A stretch of 64,000 bases of DNA from Candidatus Bathyarchaeia archaeon. GTDB lineage: Archaea; Thermoproteota; Bathyarchaeia; 40CM-2-53-6. Each line of letters starts with the position of its first letter. The first letter of the stretch is position 1. The notes beneath the pieces were generated by a model. That model saw nothing but the letters and a program-made list of their open reading frames with translations. It had not been told where the DNA came from and made no database searches. The position numbers and the translations under genes are program-made. This document shows, piece after piece, positions 20,212 to 29,842 of this stretch. The stretch lies in the NCBI GenBank assembly GCA_049517415.1, contig JBEKSC010000001.1, forward strand, positions 128,001-192,000, read 5' to 3'.

Positions 20212-20415
20212 ATGAGCGCTACTGCCACGATGTCCAGCGAAAAAGGTATTCGCATGCCCACGTGTACGTGGTGCGCGCGAACCATCCTCCCAGGCGAAGG
20301 GGCTGTAAAGTTTCCATGTCCCAGTTGCGGCGAAGTGACCATCTGGCGGTGTGAGAAATGCCGAATGTTCGGCCGACCTTACCGTTGCGTTAAATGCGGC
20401 TTCACCGGCCCATGA
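20212..20415 (+). CDS. small zinc-ribbon protein (DUF1610/HVO_2753-like)
   Basis: Four CxxC motifs, FPCPSCG...RCEKCR..Y.C.KCGFTGP; usual position upstream of EF-1beta. Confidence 0.9.
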   Translation: MSATATMSSEKGIRMPTCTWCARTILPGEGAVKFPCPSCGEVTIWRCEKCRMFGRPYRCVKCGFTGP

Positions 20416-20438
20416 GAATTTTTGCTAGTTGAGAGCTC

Positions 20439-20708
20439 ATGGCTAAGGTACTTGCATCAATCAAGATCTTTCCATCGGATGCAAATATTGACCTAGGCGG
20501 CTTGAAGGCCAAGATTCAAGCGTCTCTACCGGCTGGTTCTACCGTTCAGAGATTCGAGGAAGAGCCTATCGCTTTTGGCTTAGTCGCATTGATTGCGCAT
20601 GTTCTACTTCCGGAGGACGTTGAGGGGAAAATGGATGAGGTCGAAGAAGCTATACGTTCGGTGGAATTGGTGAGCGAGATACAGGTCCAACGCGTCGTTC
20701 GCTACTGA
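20439..20708 (+). CDS. ef1b: translation elongation factor 1-beta
   Basis: KIFPSD...EEPIAFGLVAL. Confidence 0.95.
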   Translation: MAKVLASIKIFPSDANIDLGGLKAKIQASLPAGSTVQRFEEEPIAFGLVALIAHVLLPEDVEGKMDEVEEAIRSVELVSEIQVQRVVRY

Positions 20709-20712
20709 AACT

Positions 20713-20761
20713 GTTACTGTAAGTAACGTTTATATCCGCAGATTGTTACCATACGTAACAA
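20713..20761 (+). promoter_or_regulatory. TATA box flanked by two GTTAC-N5-GTAAC palindromes upstream of cdc48
   Basis: GTTACtgtaaGTAAC 20713-20727, TTTATAT 20729-20735, ttGTTACcatacGTAACaa 20743-20761. Confidence 0.7.
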
Positions 20762-20919
20762 AATCTTGGTGGATCCCAACATGAATGAATCTGCACGCCA
20801 GACCATCTTGCCGACTAATGTGATGGTAGAGGATGGATATTACACAAGGGATTTTAGTATCAAGAATCAAGGTCTGACCAGCACGACTCGCACTGGAATC
20901 CTATTGAAGGTGTCAAACT

Positions 20920-23100
20920 ATGAGCAGTAAAGAATCTTCGTTGAGAGTTGCCGATGCCAGACAACGTGATGTTGGTCATGGCAAGGTCCGAATAGACAAC
21001 GATACGATGCAGAAACTTGGCATTACAGCCGGTGACTTCGTCGAGATACATGGTAAGAAGATGACCGTCGCCGTAGCATGGCCAGCCTACGCCGAAGACC
21101 AAGGCCAGGAAATCATTAGAATGGACGGTTTGATTCGAAGAAACGCCGGTGTAGCCCTCAATGAATACGTTAGCGTTAGAAAGGCGGACGTGAAAGACGC
21201 TCAAGCCATAATCTTCGCGCCGACCGATGTCAGACTGAGCGTGGATGAAGAGTTCGTCAGCTTCGTAAAACGCCGATTCATGGATATGCCCTTTATCGAA
21301 GGCGACATGACGCTACTGTCAATATTCGGTAGCGCCGTCCCACTAATTGTTACTAGGACAAGGCCGCATGGCGCCGTAAAGATTACTGAAACAGCTCACG
21401 TGCAAGTACTTAGCGAACCGACACCCGAGAAGAAAGGGATTCCAATCGTCACCTATGAAGACATAGGCGGTCTACACGAGGAGATTCAACGCATCCGTGA
21501 AATGGTAGAACTTCCGCTGAGGCACCCTGAGCTCTTCCAACGGTTAGGCATCGAGCCACCTCGTGGGGTTTTCCTATACGGCCCTCCGGGATGCGGTAAA
21601 ACCTTGCTAGCCAAGGCCGTCGCTAACGAATCCGACGCCAATTTTTATGTAATCTCCGGACCGGAGATTATGTCGAAGTTCTACGGCGAATCAGAAGCGA
21701 GGTTGCGGGAAATCTTCCAGAAAGCCCAAGAAACGTCGCCAAGCATCATTTTCATAGATGAAATGGATGCCATAGCACCCAAGCGCGAAGAAGTCACTGG
21801 AGAAGTTGAACGTCGAGTCGTCGCACAACTGCTCTCACTAATGGACGGTATGGGTTCTCGAGGGAACATCATTGTTATTGGAGCCACAAACCGACCTAAC
21901 GCAATAGATCCAGCTCTCCGCAGGCCGGGAAGATTCGACCGTGAAATAGAAATTGGCGTCCCTGATAAAGCAGGACGCTATGAGGTTCTACAGATTCACA
22001 CACGTAATATGCCGTTAGCAGAAGATGTAGACTTGAAGCGGCTGTCTGATGTCACCCACGGGTACACGGGAGCCGACATGGCTTCCCTCTGTCGGGAAGC
22101 AGCAATGAAAGCGCTGAGGCGATACATACCTGAGTTCAACCTTGAGGAGGAACGGATACCGCCTGAAATCTTGGAGAAAATGACAGTCAAGATGGACGAC
22201 TTCCTCTCGGCGTACAGGGAGATAACACCGACCGCTATGCGTGAGGTGTACGTAGAAGTCCCGCAGGTTCACTGGAATGAAGTCGGCGGCTTGGATCAGG
22301 TTAAGCAGGAACTGATGGAGTCAGTCGAGTGGCCTCTCAAGAAGCCAGAAGTGTTCAAGAAAATGGGCATCAAACCTCCGCGTGGAATCTTACTTTACGG
22401 GCCCCCCGGATGCGGAAAGACACTCTTGGCAAGGGCAGTGGCTACGGAAAGCGAAGCGAACTTCATCTCCATAAAGGGTCCCGAAATATTCTCGAAATGG
22501 GTAGGCGAATCGGAGAAAGCAATTCGCGAGGTCTTTAGGAAAGGCCGGACCGCAGCACCCGCTATAATCTTCTTCGACGAACTCGACGCAATAGTGCCAA
22601 GACGCGGCTTAGGTTACGCTGACTCGGGTGCTAGTGAACGCGTCATCAGCCAACTGCTGACTGAAATCGACGGCATCGAAACCCTCCAAAACGTGCTAGT
22701 GATAGCTGCGACGAACCGGCCGGACATGCTAGACCCAGCTGTCATGAGACCGGGCAGGTTCGACCGATTAATCTACGTGCCCTCGCCAGACTTCGACTCT
22801 CTGAAGGAAATCTTCAAAATTCATACAACTGGAATGCCGTTGTCTAGAGACGTGGTGCTTGACGAGTTGGCCAGGAAAGCCCAAGGATATTCCGGCGCGG
22901 ACATTGAAGGTATCTGCCGGGAGGCCGCCATGAACGCATTGAGGGAGGACATTGAGTGCACGGAGGTTTCAAGGCGCGACTTTGATGTTGCGATGGAGAG
23001 GGTCGGCCCAAGCATAACCGCGGAAGACGACGCGTGGTACCAGAAGTTCTCGAAGCGACTTAGAAGAGAGCGAGCATCAGCCCCCACACCAGTCGCGTAA
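20920..23100 (+). CDS. cdc48: CDC48/VCP family AAA+ ATPase
   Basis: N-domain plus two AAA modules (GPPGCGKT twice, IFIDE/IFFDE, RPGRFDR twice). Confidence 0.97.
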   Translation: MSSKESSLRVADARQRDVGHGKVRIDNDTMQKLGITAGDFVEIHGKKMTVAVAWPAYAEDQGQEIIRMDGLIRRNAGVALNEYVSVRKADVKDAQAIIFAPTDVRLSVDEEFVSFVKRRFMDMPFIEGDMTLLSIFGSAVPLIVTRTRPHGAVKITETAHVQVLSEPTPEKKGIPIVTYEDIGGLHEEIQRIREMVELPLRHPELFQRLGIEPPRGVFLYGPPGCGKTLLAKAVANESDANFYVISGPEIMSKFYGESEARLREIFQKAQETSPSIIFIDEMDAIAPKREEVTGEVERRVVAQLLSLMDGMGSRGNIIVIGATNRPNAIDPALRRPGRFDREIEIGVPDKAGRYEVLQIHTRNMPLAEDVDLKRLSDVTHGYTGADMASLCREAAMKALRRYIPEFNLEEERIPPEILEKMTVKMDDFLSAYREITPTAMREVYVEVPQVHWNEVGGLDQVKQELMESVEWPLKKPEVFKKMGIKPPRGILLYGPPGCGKTLLARAVATESEANFISIKGPEIFSKWVGESEKAIREVFRKGRTAAPAIIFFDELDAIVPRRGLGYADSGASERVISQLLTEIDGIETLQNVLVIAATNRPDMLDPAVMRPGRFDRLIYVPSPDFDSLKEIFKIHTTGMPLSRDVVLDELARKAQGYSGADIEGICREAAMNALREDIECTEVSRRDFDVAMERVGPSITAEDDAWYQKFSKRLRRERASAPTPVA

Positions 23101-23127
23101 AGCAAGGAAACTGACAGTGCAAAATCC

Positions 23128-23367
23128 TTGGAAAAAGTTTGGGGCCCCCGCCCTCTACAACTCCTAGTACTAGACGTCATAACACGAAAAGGCGCATTGA
23201 CGGACGACGAATTGCTTCGAGAGATCCGGAACGGCAAAGAGGACCTCAGCTTTCGCGAGCTGAATCGAATCCTCTTGAAACTGGAAGTTACCGGAATGGT
23301 AAGGGTTTCTCGGCAAACGAAGGGCAAACGGCGAGTAGAATTAGCGGAACCACAGTCACAAGCCTAA
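23128..23367 (+). CDS. small winged-helix protein downstream of cdc48
   Basis: LTDDELL...ELNRILLKLEVTGMVRV wHTH pattern. Confidence 0.7.
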   Translation: MEKVWGPRPLQLLVLDVITRKGALTDDELLREIRNGKEDLSFRELNRILLKLEVTGMVRVSRQTKGKRRVELAEPQSQA

Positions 23368-23440
23368 CTGCTTCCATCAAGTTCATCTCTTTGCCCCTCC
23401 TGAACCGTGCAGTGGCACGGCATCGCTGTGAAAAAGAAAC

Positions 23441-24697
23441 TTGCACGCATACTCAGCTGATATAGCGATCGTTGGATGTGGGGTAAGCGGAGCAAGTGCA
23501 GCCATCGCCGCCGCGAAGCGCGGCCTCTTCGTATCAATCTTCGAAGAACACGAACAGGTTGGAGAACCTTCTCACTGCTCTGGCCACGTGGGCATTCTCG
23601 CCTTCAAACAATTCGCCCCTGACATGCCAACAAAGATCATAGAGAATGAGATCAAAGGCGCAGTCCTCCACCCACCACACGGAAGGTCCCTAACACTCTA
23701 TAGGTCGAAACCGGTCACATGGGTTCTGAACCGGGCTGAATTTGATAAGCATCTAGCTTCTCTAGCAATTGAAAGCGGGGCGTCCCTTCGGCTTGGTTCC
23801 CGTGTCGAGAGTTTCGAACGTTCTGGAGGAGGAGTTAGGCTCAAGACTGGTGGCCGAAATGCACGAGACTTCTCTTGCAAGATGCTAATTGACGCCAGCG
23901 GTTGTGGGGCATCTATTTCGAAATACGTTGGCCTCGCGAAGCCCGGGAGAGGAATGCTTGTGAATTCAGCCCAGTTTACTGTGGAGAACCTGACTGACGT
24001 AGATGAAGACTTTGTTGAGGTTTATTTCGGGCAAGGCTTTGCGCCTGGTTTCTTTGGTTGGATTATACCCCGCCGCAATGGATCGGCCAAGGTTGGGATA
24101 GCAGCCGGCGGGCGTGCTAACGTTCGGGAATGCTTCAACCGCTTCATTCACAGGCACCGTGTCGTATCAGTGAAGCTCAAACACGCGAAACCTACAACTG
24201 CCCCTATGTACCACCCCATCCCCGTAGGCGGCGCGGGAAGCCGCACGTACGCTGACAACATACTAACTGTGGGAGACGCGGCATCGCAGGTTAAGCCAAC
24301 GACGGGGGGTGGCATCGTGTTTGGCCTAGCCTGCGGACGGATTGCTGGTGAAACCTCTGCAGGAGCCGTAGAAGAAGGAGACGTGTCTGCGTCTAACCTT
24401 AGAACCTATGAGAACACGTGGCGGCGATTAATAGGGCTGGACCTAACCGCCATGTCGTGGCTCCGTAGGCTGCTCTACAGATTACCCGATCAGCAGTTAA
24501 ACCGCATCTTTAGAATTTCAGCGGAGTTGAGGGCGGATGACATTCTCAACAGAACGGCGGACATTGACTTCCAAGGCAGAACTTTACTTTCTTTGGCTCG
24601 GGACCCGCGCCTCTTCATAACCCTCGTTTCAGCATCCGTCCTTTCAGTTCCCTCACTAATTGGGAAGGGGTCTACCAAAGGAAGCCATAGCGCCTAA
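23441..24697 (+). CDS. geranylgeranyl reductase family FAD oxidoreductase
   Basis: GCGVSG, PSHCSG, R..FD, FFGWIIP, GDAASQVKPTTGGGI. Confidence 0.88.
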   Translation: MHAYSADIAIVGCGVSGASAAIAAAKRGLFVSIFEEHEQVGEPSHCSGHVGILAFKQFAPDMPTKIIENEIKGAVLHPPHGRSLTLYRSKPVTWVLNRAEFDKHLASLAIESGASLRLGSRVESFERSGGGVRLKTGGRNARDFSCKMLIDASGCGASISKYVGLAKPGRGMLVNSAQFTVENLTDVDEDFVEVYFGQGFAPGFFGWIIPRRNGSAKVGIAAGGRANVRECFNRFIHRHRVVSVKLKHAKPTTAPMYHPIPVGGAGSRTYADNILTVGDAASQVKPTTGGGIVFGLACGRIAGETSAGAVEEGDVSASNLRTYENTWRRLIGLDLTAMSWLRRLLYRLPDQQLNRIFRISAELRADDILNRTADIDFQGRTLLSLARDPRLFITLVSASVLSVPSLIGKGSTKGSHSA

Positions 24698-24806
24698 TCT
24701 CCTCAATGCGCATTCGATGTCAATGTTGTGCTTCGATTCCATAGAAAAGGTTCAACACCTATTCTCAGCGAAAATAACGATGCTTCTTTAGCCCGTAACT
24801 TTCTGG

Positions 24807-25784
24807 TTAGGATTTGGCCAATTCTTTGAGGGCTTCTGTAAAGGCTGGGATTATCTGGTACAGGTCGGCCACGATGCCGTAGTCGCTGAACTCGAAAATC
24901 GGAGCCTTCGGATCATTGTTCACGGCAACTATGATTCTGCTGTTTCTTATTCCTGTCAAGTGCTGTATTTGCCCTGAAATTCCGAAGGCAAAGTATAGTT
25001 TCGGACTAACTTTCTGGCCGGAAAGGCCTATGTATTGCCCCTCGGGGAGCCACCCTAAATCTTCAGCAATTGGCCGGGAACAACCAACGACACCACCGAC
25101 TGTTTGAGCGAACTGCTCGATTAACGCCATGTCCTCTTTCTTGCGTACTCCGCGCCCAAACGATACAATCACGGAAGCATCAACAAGCTTCACATCTCTT
25201 GCGGGTTTCGGCTTAGTCTCGATGAGTTTTGTGCTTGGAGCTTTGATCTTTGGTTCAACCTTGATAACTTCCCCTTTGCGCGAAGCATCAGGAGCTATCG
25301 GGGAGAATAAGCCCTTTGGAATTGTTGCAATTTGTGGTTTCGACCTTGATATTTGCGTCTCCACTAAATTGCCACCCAGAGTAACTCTGTCCATGAGTAC
25401 ATAGTTCTTCTCGGCGTCTGGTTCTAATCTAGTTGCTTCGGTTACGCAACCAGTCTTCAACCGCTCAGCTAGTCGGGGTGCCAACTCTAGTCCGCTTCGA
25501 GTTGCGCCTATGAGTAGAATGTCAGGTTTGCGTTCGGTGACGAGCGCGGCAAGGGCATCGGTATATGTGTCAACATGAAAGGTCTTCAACGCGGGGTCTG
25601 GAATTGAGAGGACCTTGTCAGCGCCATTCTGAATGAACCTTTGGGCGTCTTCGCCGACTGCTGTCGACACAACGGTTACGTCGGTTCCGAGTTGGTCTGC
25701 GAGGCTTCTTCCTTTTCCTAAGAGTTCGAGTGTTAACTGCGATAACTCTGAGAACACCCAAACGCCTTTGTCTTCTTGCGCCAT
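24807..25784 (-). CDS. etfA: electron transfer flavoprotein alpha subunit
   Basis: GRG, SRP, IGLSGQKVSP, GISGQIQHLTG, AVNND..APIF; start at ATG 25784 (MAQEDKG). Confidence 0.93.
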   Translation of the reverse strand: MAQEDKGVWVFSELSQLTLELLGKGRSLADQLGTDVTVVSTAVGEDAQRFIQNGADKVLSIPDPALKTFHVDTYTDALAALVTERKPDILLIGATRSGLELAPRLAERLKTGCVTEATRLEPDAEKNYVLMDRVTLGGNLVETQISRSKPQIATIPKGLFSPIAPDASRKGEVIKVEPKIKAPSTKLIETKPKPARDVKLVDASVIVSFGRGVRKKEDMALIEQFAQTVGGVVGCSRPIAEDLGWLPEGQYIGLSGQKVSPKLYFAFGISGQIQHLTGIRNSRIIVAVNNDPKAPIFEFSDYGIVADLYQIIPAFTEALKELAKS

Positions 25785-25786
25785 GC

Positions 25787-26587
25787 TTAGTTCGCCTTTA
25801 GGACTCCTTCTTGGAGTAGAGCCTTGACAAGTTTCGGCCCAATTTCTTTCGCTTCTCCTTGAAGCATGATGCGCTTTCTTTCTCCCACGGAAACAGTGCT
25901 CCGTAAGACTTCGACAAGTGAGCCGTTGAAGCCTAGCTCGTCCGCGCCAAGGCTGAGGTCTTCGGCAGACCAAATGTTTGTGGGCCTCTTGGAGGCGGCC
26001 ATTATCGCCATCAGCGTGGGAAGCCGCGGTTCATTAATCTCCCTCACAACACTGATCAAGCATGGGAGTGTGCCCTCTACAATTTGACGTTCGTTCTCTA
26101 GATCTCTTTCGACAACAACTTTCCCTGTTTCGAGGGCGATTTTTGCGGCATAGGTAATTTGGGGAAGGTTGCACATCTCCGCAAGTCTTGCTCCGATTTG
26201 GAACGCGAAGAGATCCTCTGAGTATGCTCCACAGAGGATTAAGTCGTAATCAAGTATCTTAGTGACTGCAGCGGCCAAGACGTTGGCGGTTGCATGGGCG
26301 TCGGATCCTTCAAAGAGCGGGTCGGTTAGAAGACAGGCTTCGTCGGCGCCCATCGCCAAGGCTTCCCTTAGTGCCTCTTTCGCTTCGGGCGGACCGAGGC
26401 TTACTACGGTAATTTTTCCGCCGTGTTTCTCTTTAATCCTGACTGCTTCCTCAATGGCGTTCTTGTCGGTTTCACTAATGACCCGAGGAACACCTTGAGT
26501 AATCATGGTCTTGGTGTTCTTGTCAACCTTCAGCTCTGCAGTTTGAAGAACCTGTTTTACGAGTACGATGATGTTTACCATCGCCAA
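25787..26587 (-). CDS. etfB: electron transfer flavoprotein beta subunit
   Basis: IIVLVKQV, DKNAIEEA, ALAMGAD, NEPRLP. Confidence 0.93.
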   Translation of the reverse strand: MAMVNIIVLVKQVLQTAELKVDKNTKTMITQGVPRVISETDKNAIEEAVRIKEKHGGKITVVSLGPPEAKEALREALAMGADEACLLTDPLFEGSDAHATANVLAAAVTKILDYDLILCGAYSEDLFAFQIGARLAEMCNLPQITYAAKIALETGKVVVERDLENERQIVEGTLPCLISVVREINEPRLPTLMAIMAASKRPTNIWSAEDLSLGADELGFNGSLVEVLRSTVSVGERKRIMLQGEAKEIGPKLVKALLQEGVLKAN

Positions 26588-26633
26588 TCACTGGATAACC
26601 TGGCTTCCCTCAATTTCCTATCGGATTAAAAGG

Positions 26634-28667
26634 TTAGGAAGAATCGATTTGGCCTGCAACAAGTTCGGCGATATCCCGAACCGCTACCGACCCCTTTGTC
26701 CCTAGGGCAACCGACGCGTCTTCGAGCATCGAGGTGCAGAAGGGGCAGGCAGTTACTAATGTGCCAACGTTAGTTTGTTGTGCTTCCTCGAAACGTATCA
26801 CGCCTATTTTCTTCTTTTGCTCTACTTTATACCAGAAGTTCGCTCCTCCCGCGCCACAGCAGAAACTGGCCTCGCGGGACCTAGGCATCTCCCTAATCCC
26901 TTCTGGGCTGAGAGAGGTTAGGATTTCTCTAGGTGAATCATAGACGCCATTGTACCTCCCCAAGTAGCATGGGTCATGAAACGTAACGTTCCCCTGCAAC
27001 CCTTTCTTGAGCTTCAACTTTCCAACAGCGATGAGTTGAGCGATGAGCTGTGAGTGGTGCATAACTTGTAAGTCAGCGCCGAATTGTGGATATTCGTTCC
27101 TGAAGGTGTTGAAACAATGTGGGCATTGGGTGAGAATTGTTTTGACGTTGTATTTCTTGAATAAGTCGACTAGCTCTATGGCTGCTTGTTGAAAACGCCC
27201 TTCCTCCCCTAGCCTCCGAGCAACCTCGCAGTTACATTTCTCTTCGTTTCCAAGGACTACAAAGCGAATTCCTGCCGCTTTCAATATCTTGACGATAGCT
27301 CTGGATACGTTCTGATTTCTGGGATCATATGACCCTGAGCAGCCAACCCAATATAGGAGGTCAAATTCCGGTTGCTCCTTCACAGTCTTTACATCAAGGC
27401 CTTCCGCCCATTTCATGCGGTCCGATGGTGGCAAGCCGTAGGGGTTGGAAACGTTAGTCAGGTTCGTGAGTAAGTCCCGTTTGCCACGGTCAAGTTTTCC
27501 TTCGCCGACTAAGTGCCGTCTCATGTCGACTATTGCGTCGATGTGATCGATGAGAACAGGGCACTCGCTAACGCACGCCCTGCAGGTTGTGCATGCCCAG
27601 AGTTCCTCGGGGTTCACGACATCGGAGACTGCTGTGGTTCCGCCATCAGTCGTAGTTTGTGTTAGCATCAGGCCTCTGAGCTTCAGTATGAGGTGCATTG
27701 GTGAGAGGAGTGTTCCAGCGGCGGTTGCGGGACAGGCGTTTGTACACCGGCCACATGACGTGCATGAGTCAAATGTTAGCCTCTGTTGCCACGAGAAGTC
27801 AGTGATAGCCGCGACTCCGACTTTGATGTCGAAGTTGCCTGAAGCCAAGAGCTGTTTCAGGTCAAACGGTGTGCCGAGTTGACCGTTCGGTCGCAAGTGC
27901 ACGAAGAGGGCATTAAGAGGCGAAGTGATTAGGTGAAAGAGTTTCGTGTACGGAATGCTCGCAACGGCAGTGAACGCCAGAAGTGCGTGGAACCACCACA
28001 GCCCACGGTAGAAGGGTACGATTCCTTCGGTGTCGAGCCCATGGCTTATCAGCAATAAGGAAAGTTGGTATCCTACGAATGACCACTGCGCCCAAGTTGG
28101 CTTATCAACCGCAAGCCGTATGGCCTCTAACACATACCCTGTTGTCAGGATGACCAAGAGAACTGAAAAAATGTGGATGTCATCCCGGGACGTAGGGAGA
28201 TTCGGTGGCCTAGAGACCGTTCTTCTGAAGATAGCGATTAGCAGGCCCGTTATGGCAACAAGGCCAAAAGCGTCCAAAAAGAGTTCAAAGAATAGGTAGA
28301 AGTTGCCGACCAAGATTTGGCTATGAAAGATGGTCTGCCAAAAGTCGGAATCAATGAACACTAAAGTCGTACCTATCAAAAGGACGATTATTCCAGAGTA
28401 AATGAGAAGGTGCATAATGCCAGGGTATTTCTTCTTCAAAACCTTTCGCTGCATGAACGCGTTTGCTATTGCCTTGAGGGCTCTTTCTTTTAGGTGGTCA
28501 AACCTTGGTGGAGAACTTCCCCTGAAGTAGATTCGCAAGCGCCTGTAGACTCCGTAGAGAAAAACTGCGGCGAACAATGTGAGAATTGAGTACATGAAAA
28601 CAGGCGTCAAGGCGGGCATGAGGTCATAGTTCATGCGGTGGGGTAAATCCAACAGTGGCTCAAGCAA
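26634..28667 (-). CDS. membrane-bound FeS oxidoreductase (FadF/EMO type: NarI-like TM domain, 2x[4Fe-4S], CCG domains)
   Basis: TM region with MHLLI and WWFH His ligands; CTSCGRC..CP and CTTCRAC..CP; HDPCYLGR; CCGAGG; ACPFC. Confidence 0.88.
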   Translation of the reverse strand: MLEPLLDLPHRMNYDLMPALTPVFMYSILTLFAAVFLYGVYRRLRIYFRGSSPPRFDHLKERALKAIANAFMQRKVLKKKYPGIMHLLIYSGIIVLLIGTTLVFIDSDFWQTIFHSQILVGNFYLFFELFLDAFGLVAITGLLIAIFRRTVSRPPNLPTSRDDIHIFSVLLVILTTGYVLEAIRLAVDKPTWAQWSFVGYQLSLLLISHGLDTEGIVPFYRGLWWFHALLAFTAVASIPYTKLFHLITSPLNALFVHLRPNGQLGTPFDLKQLLASGNFDIKVGVAAITDFSWQQRLTFDSCTSCGRCTNACPATAAGTLLSPMHLILKLRGLMLTQTTTDGGTTAVSDVVNPEELWACTTCRACVSECPVLIDHIDAIVDMRRHLVGEGKLDRGKRDLLTNLTNVSNPYGLPPSDRMKWAEGLDVKTVKEQPEFDLLYWVGCSGSYDPRNQNVSRAIVKILKAAGIRFVVLGNEEKCNCEVARRLGEEGRFQQAAIELVDLFKKYNVKTILTQCPHCFNTFRNEYPQFGADLQVMHHSQLIAQLIAVGKLKLKKGLQGNVTFHDPCYLGRYNGVYDSPREILTSLSPEGIREMPRSREASFCCGAGGANFWYKVEQKKKIGVIRFEEAQQTNVGTLVTACPFCTSMLEDASVALGTKGSVAVRDIAELVAGQIDSS

Positions 28668-28801
28668 CGGGATACCACCAGAATGCGACGGCTCTAATAC
28701 TGTTAAAAGAAGTTTCGCGTTTATTGTATGTGCGGTCGTTGAATGCCTTTTACGTAAGTTCCTAGATAGGGCCGCTACGTGAATGGATAGGGAAATAACG
28801 A

Positions 28802-29842
28802 ATGAAGAGCTTGAAAGTCGTTCAATACGGCCTGGGCCCTATTGGAATCGGGATAATTGAAGTTCTTCTTACTCGACCTTGGGTGCAACTCGTTGGGGCC
28901 ATCGACATCGACAGGAACAAAGTTGGAAAAGATGTTGGAGAGCTATTTCAGCAACCGAGGAAAATTGGTATCACGATCAGCGATAAAGCGGAAGACGTCC
29001 TCAAACGGGCTTCGCCACAAATAGTGACCCATGCCACCTCTTCGTACATGAAGACAATTCATCCAGAGATCATTCAGCTCATAGAACACGGGGCAAGTGT
29101 TGTATCGACTGCAGAGGAGTTATCGTATCCGTTTGTCAAGTACCCTGAAATGGCAAAGGAAATTGATGAGCGTGCGGCAGATCGGAAAACTGTGGTCCTT
29201 GGGACCGGCATTAACCCGGGCTTTCTATTGGACACTCTAGCCGTCGCGCTTAGTGGCGTCTGCCAAAAGTTGAATACTATTCGCGCCGAACGCGTCGTGG
29301 ACGCTTCGAAGCGCCGACTCCCATTACAAAGGAAGATCGGAGCGGGATTGTCCCCCGCCGAGTTTGAGAAGAAGGTTGCCGAAGGGACGATCAAACACGT
29401 GGGTTTGCCGGAGTCTGTGGGCCTTATCGCTTTAGCCATGGGTTGGAAGGTAGGGGAAATCCAGGAGAGGATTAGCCCCGTAATCGCAGAAAAGGGGGCC
29501 AAGAGCGATTACATTACGGTCCCAGCAGGTTCCGTCGCTGGAGTTCGCCAAGTCGCAAAAGGTATTCTCGCAGGTCAAGAATTGGTGGTCCTCGACCTAC
29601 GAATGTACCTAGGGGCTGAGAACCCGCATGACTCCGTACTGCTCGACGGCATCCCCCCAGTCGACATGGTCATACGCGGTGGGGTACAAGGAGACAGAGC
29701 GACACCTGCTATCATAGTCAACGCACTCCCGAAAGTCGCTAACCTGCAACCAGGGTTAAGGACAATGCTCGACTTACCTCCAATTCCACCCTGTCAGAGC
29801 CTCCCTGATCAGGATCGGTCAGTAATGCTGAAGACCTTCTAG
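28802..29842 (+). CDS. 2,4-diaminopentanoate dehydrogenase / amine dehydrogenase-like NAD(P) oxidoreductase
   Basis: YGLGPIG, STAEEL.YP, GTGINPGF..D, KIGAG, GDRAT. Confidence 0.75.
   Translation: MKSLKVVQYGLGPIGIGIIEVLLTRPWVQLVGAIDIDRNKVGKDVGELFQQPRKIGITISDKAEDVLKRASPQIVTHATSSYMKTIHPEIIQLIEHGASVVSTAEELSYPFVKYPEMAKEIDERAADRKTVVLGTGINPGFLLDTLAVALSGVCQKLNTIRAERVVDASKRRLPLQRKIGAGLSPAEFEKKVAEGTIKHVGLPESVGLIALAMGWKVGEIQERISPVIAEKGAKSDYITVPAGSVAGVRQVAKGILAGQELVVLDLRMYLGAENPHDSVLLDGIPPVDMVIRGGVQGDRATPAIIVNALPKVANLQPGLRTMLDLPPIPPCQSLPDQDRSVMLKTF

Noticed and set aside
24807..25973. 388-aa EtfA with a long N-terminal extension
   Set aside because: The extension overlaps etfB in another frame; the true start is most likely ATG 25784
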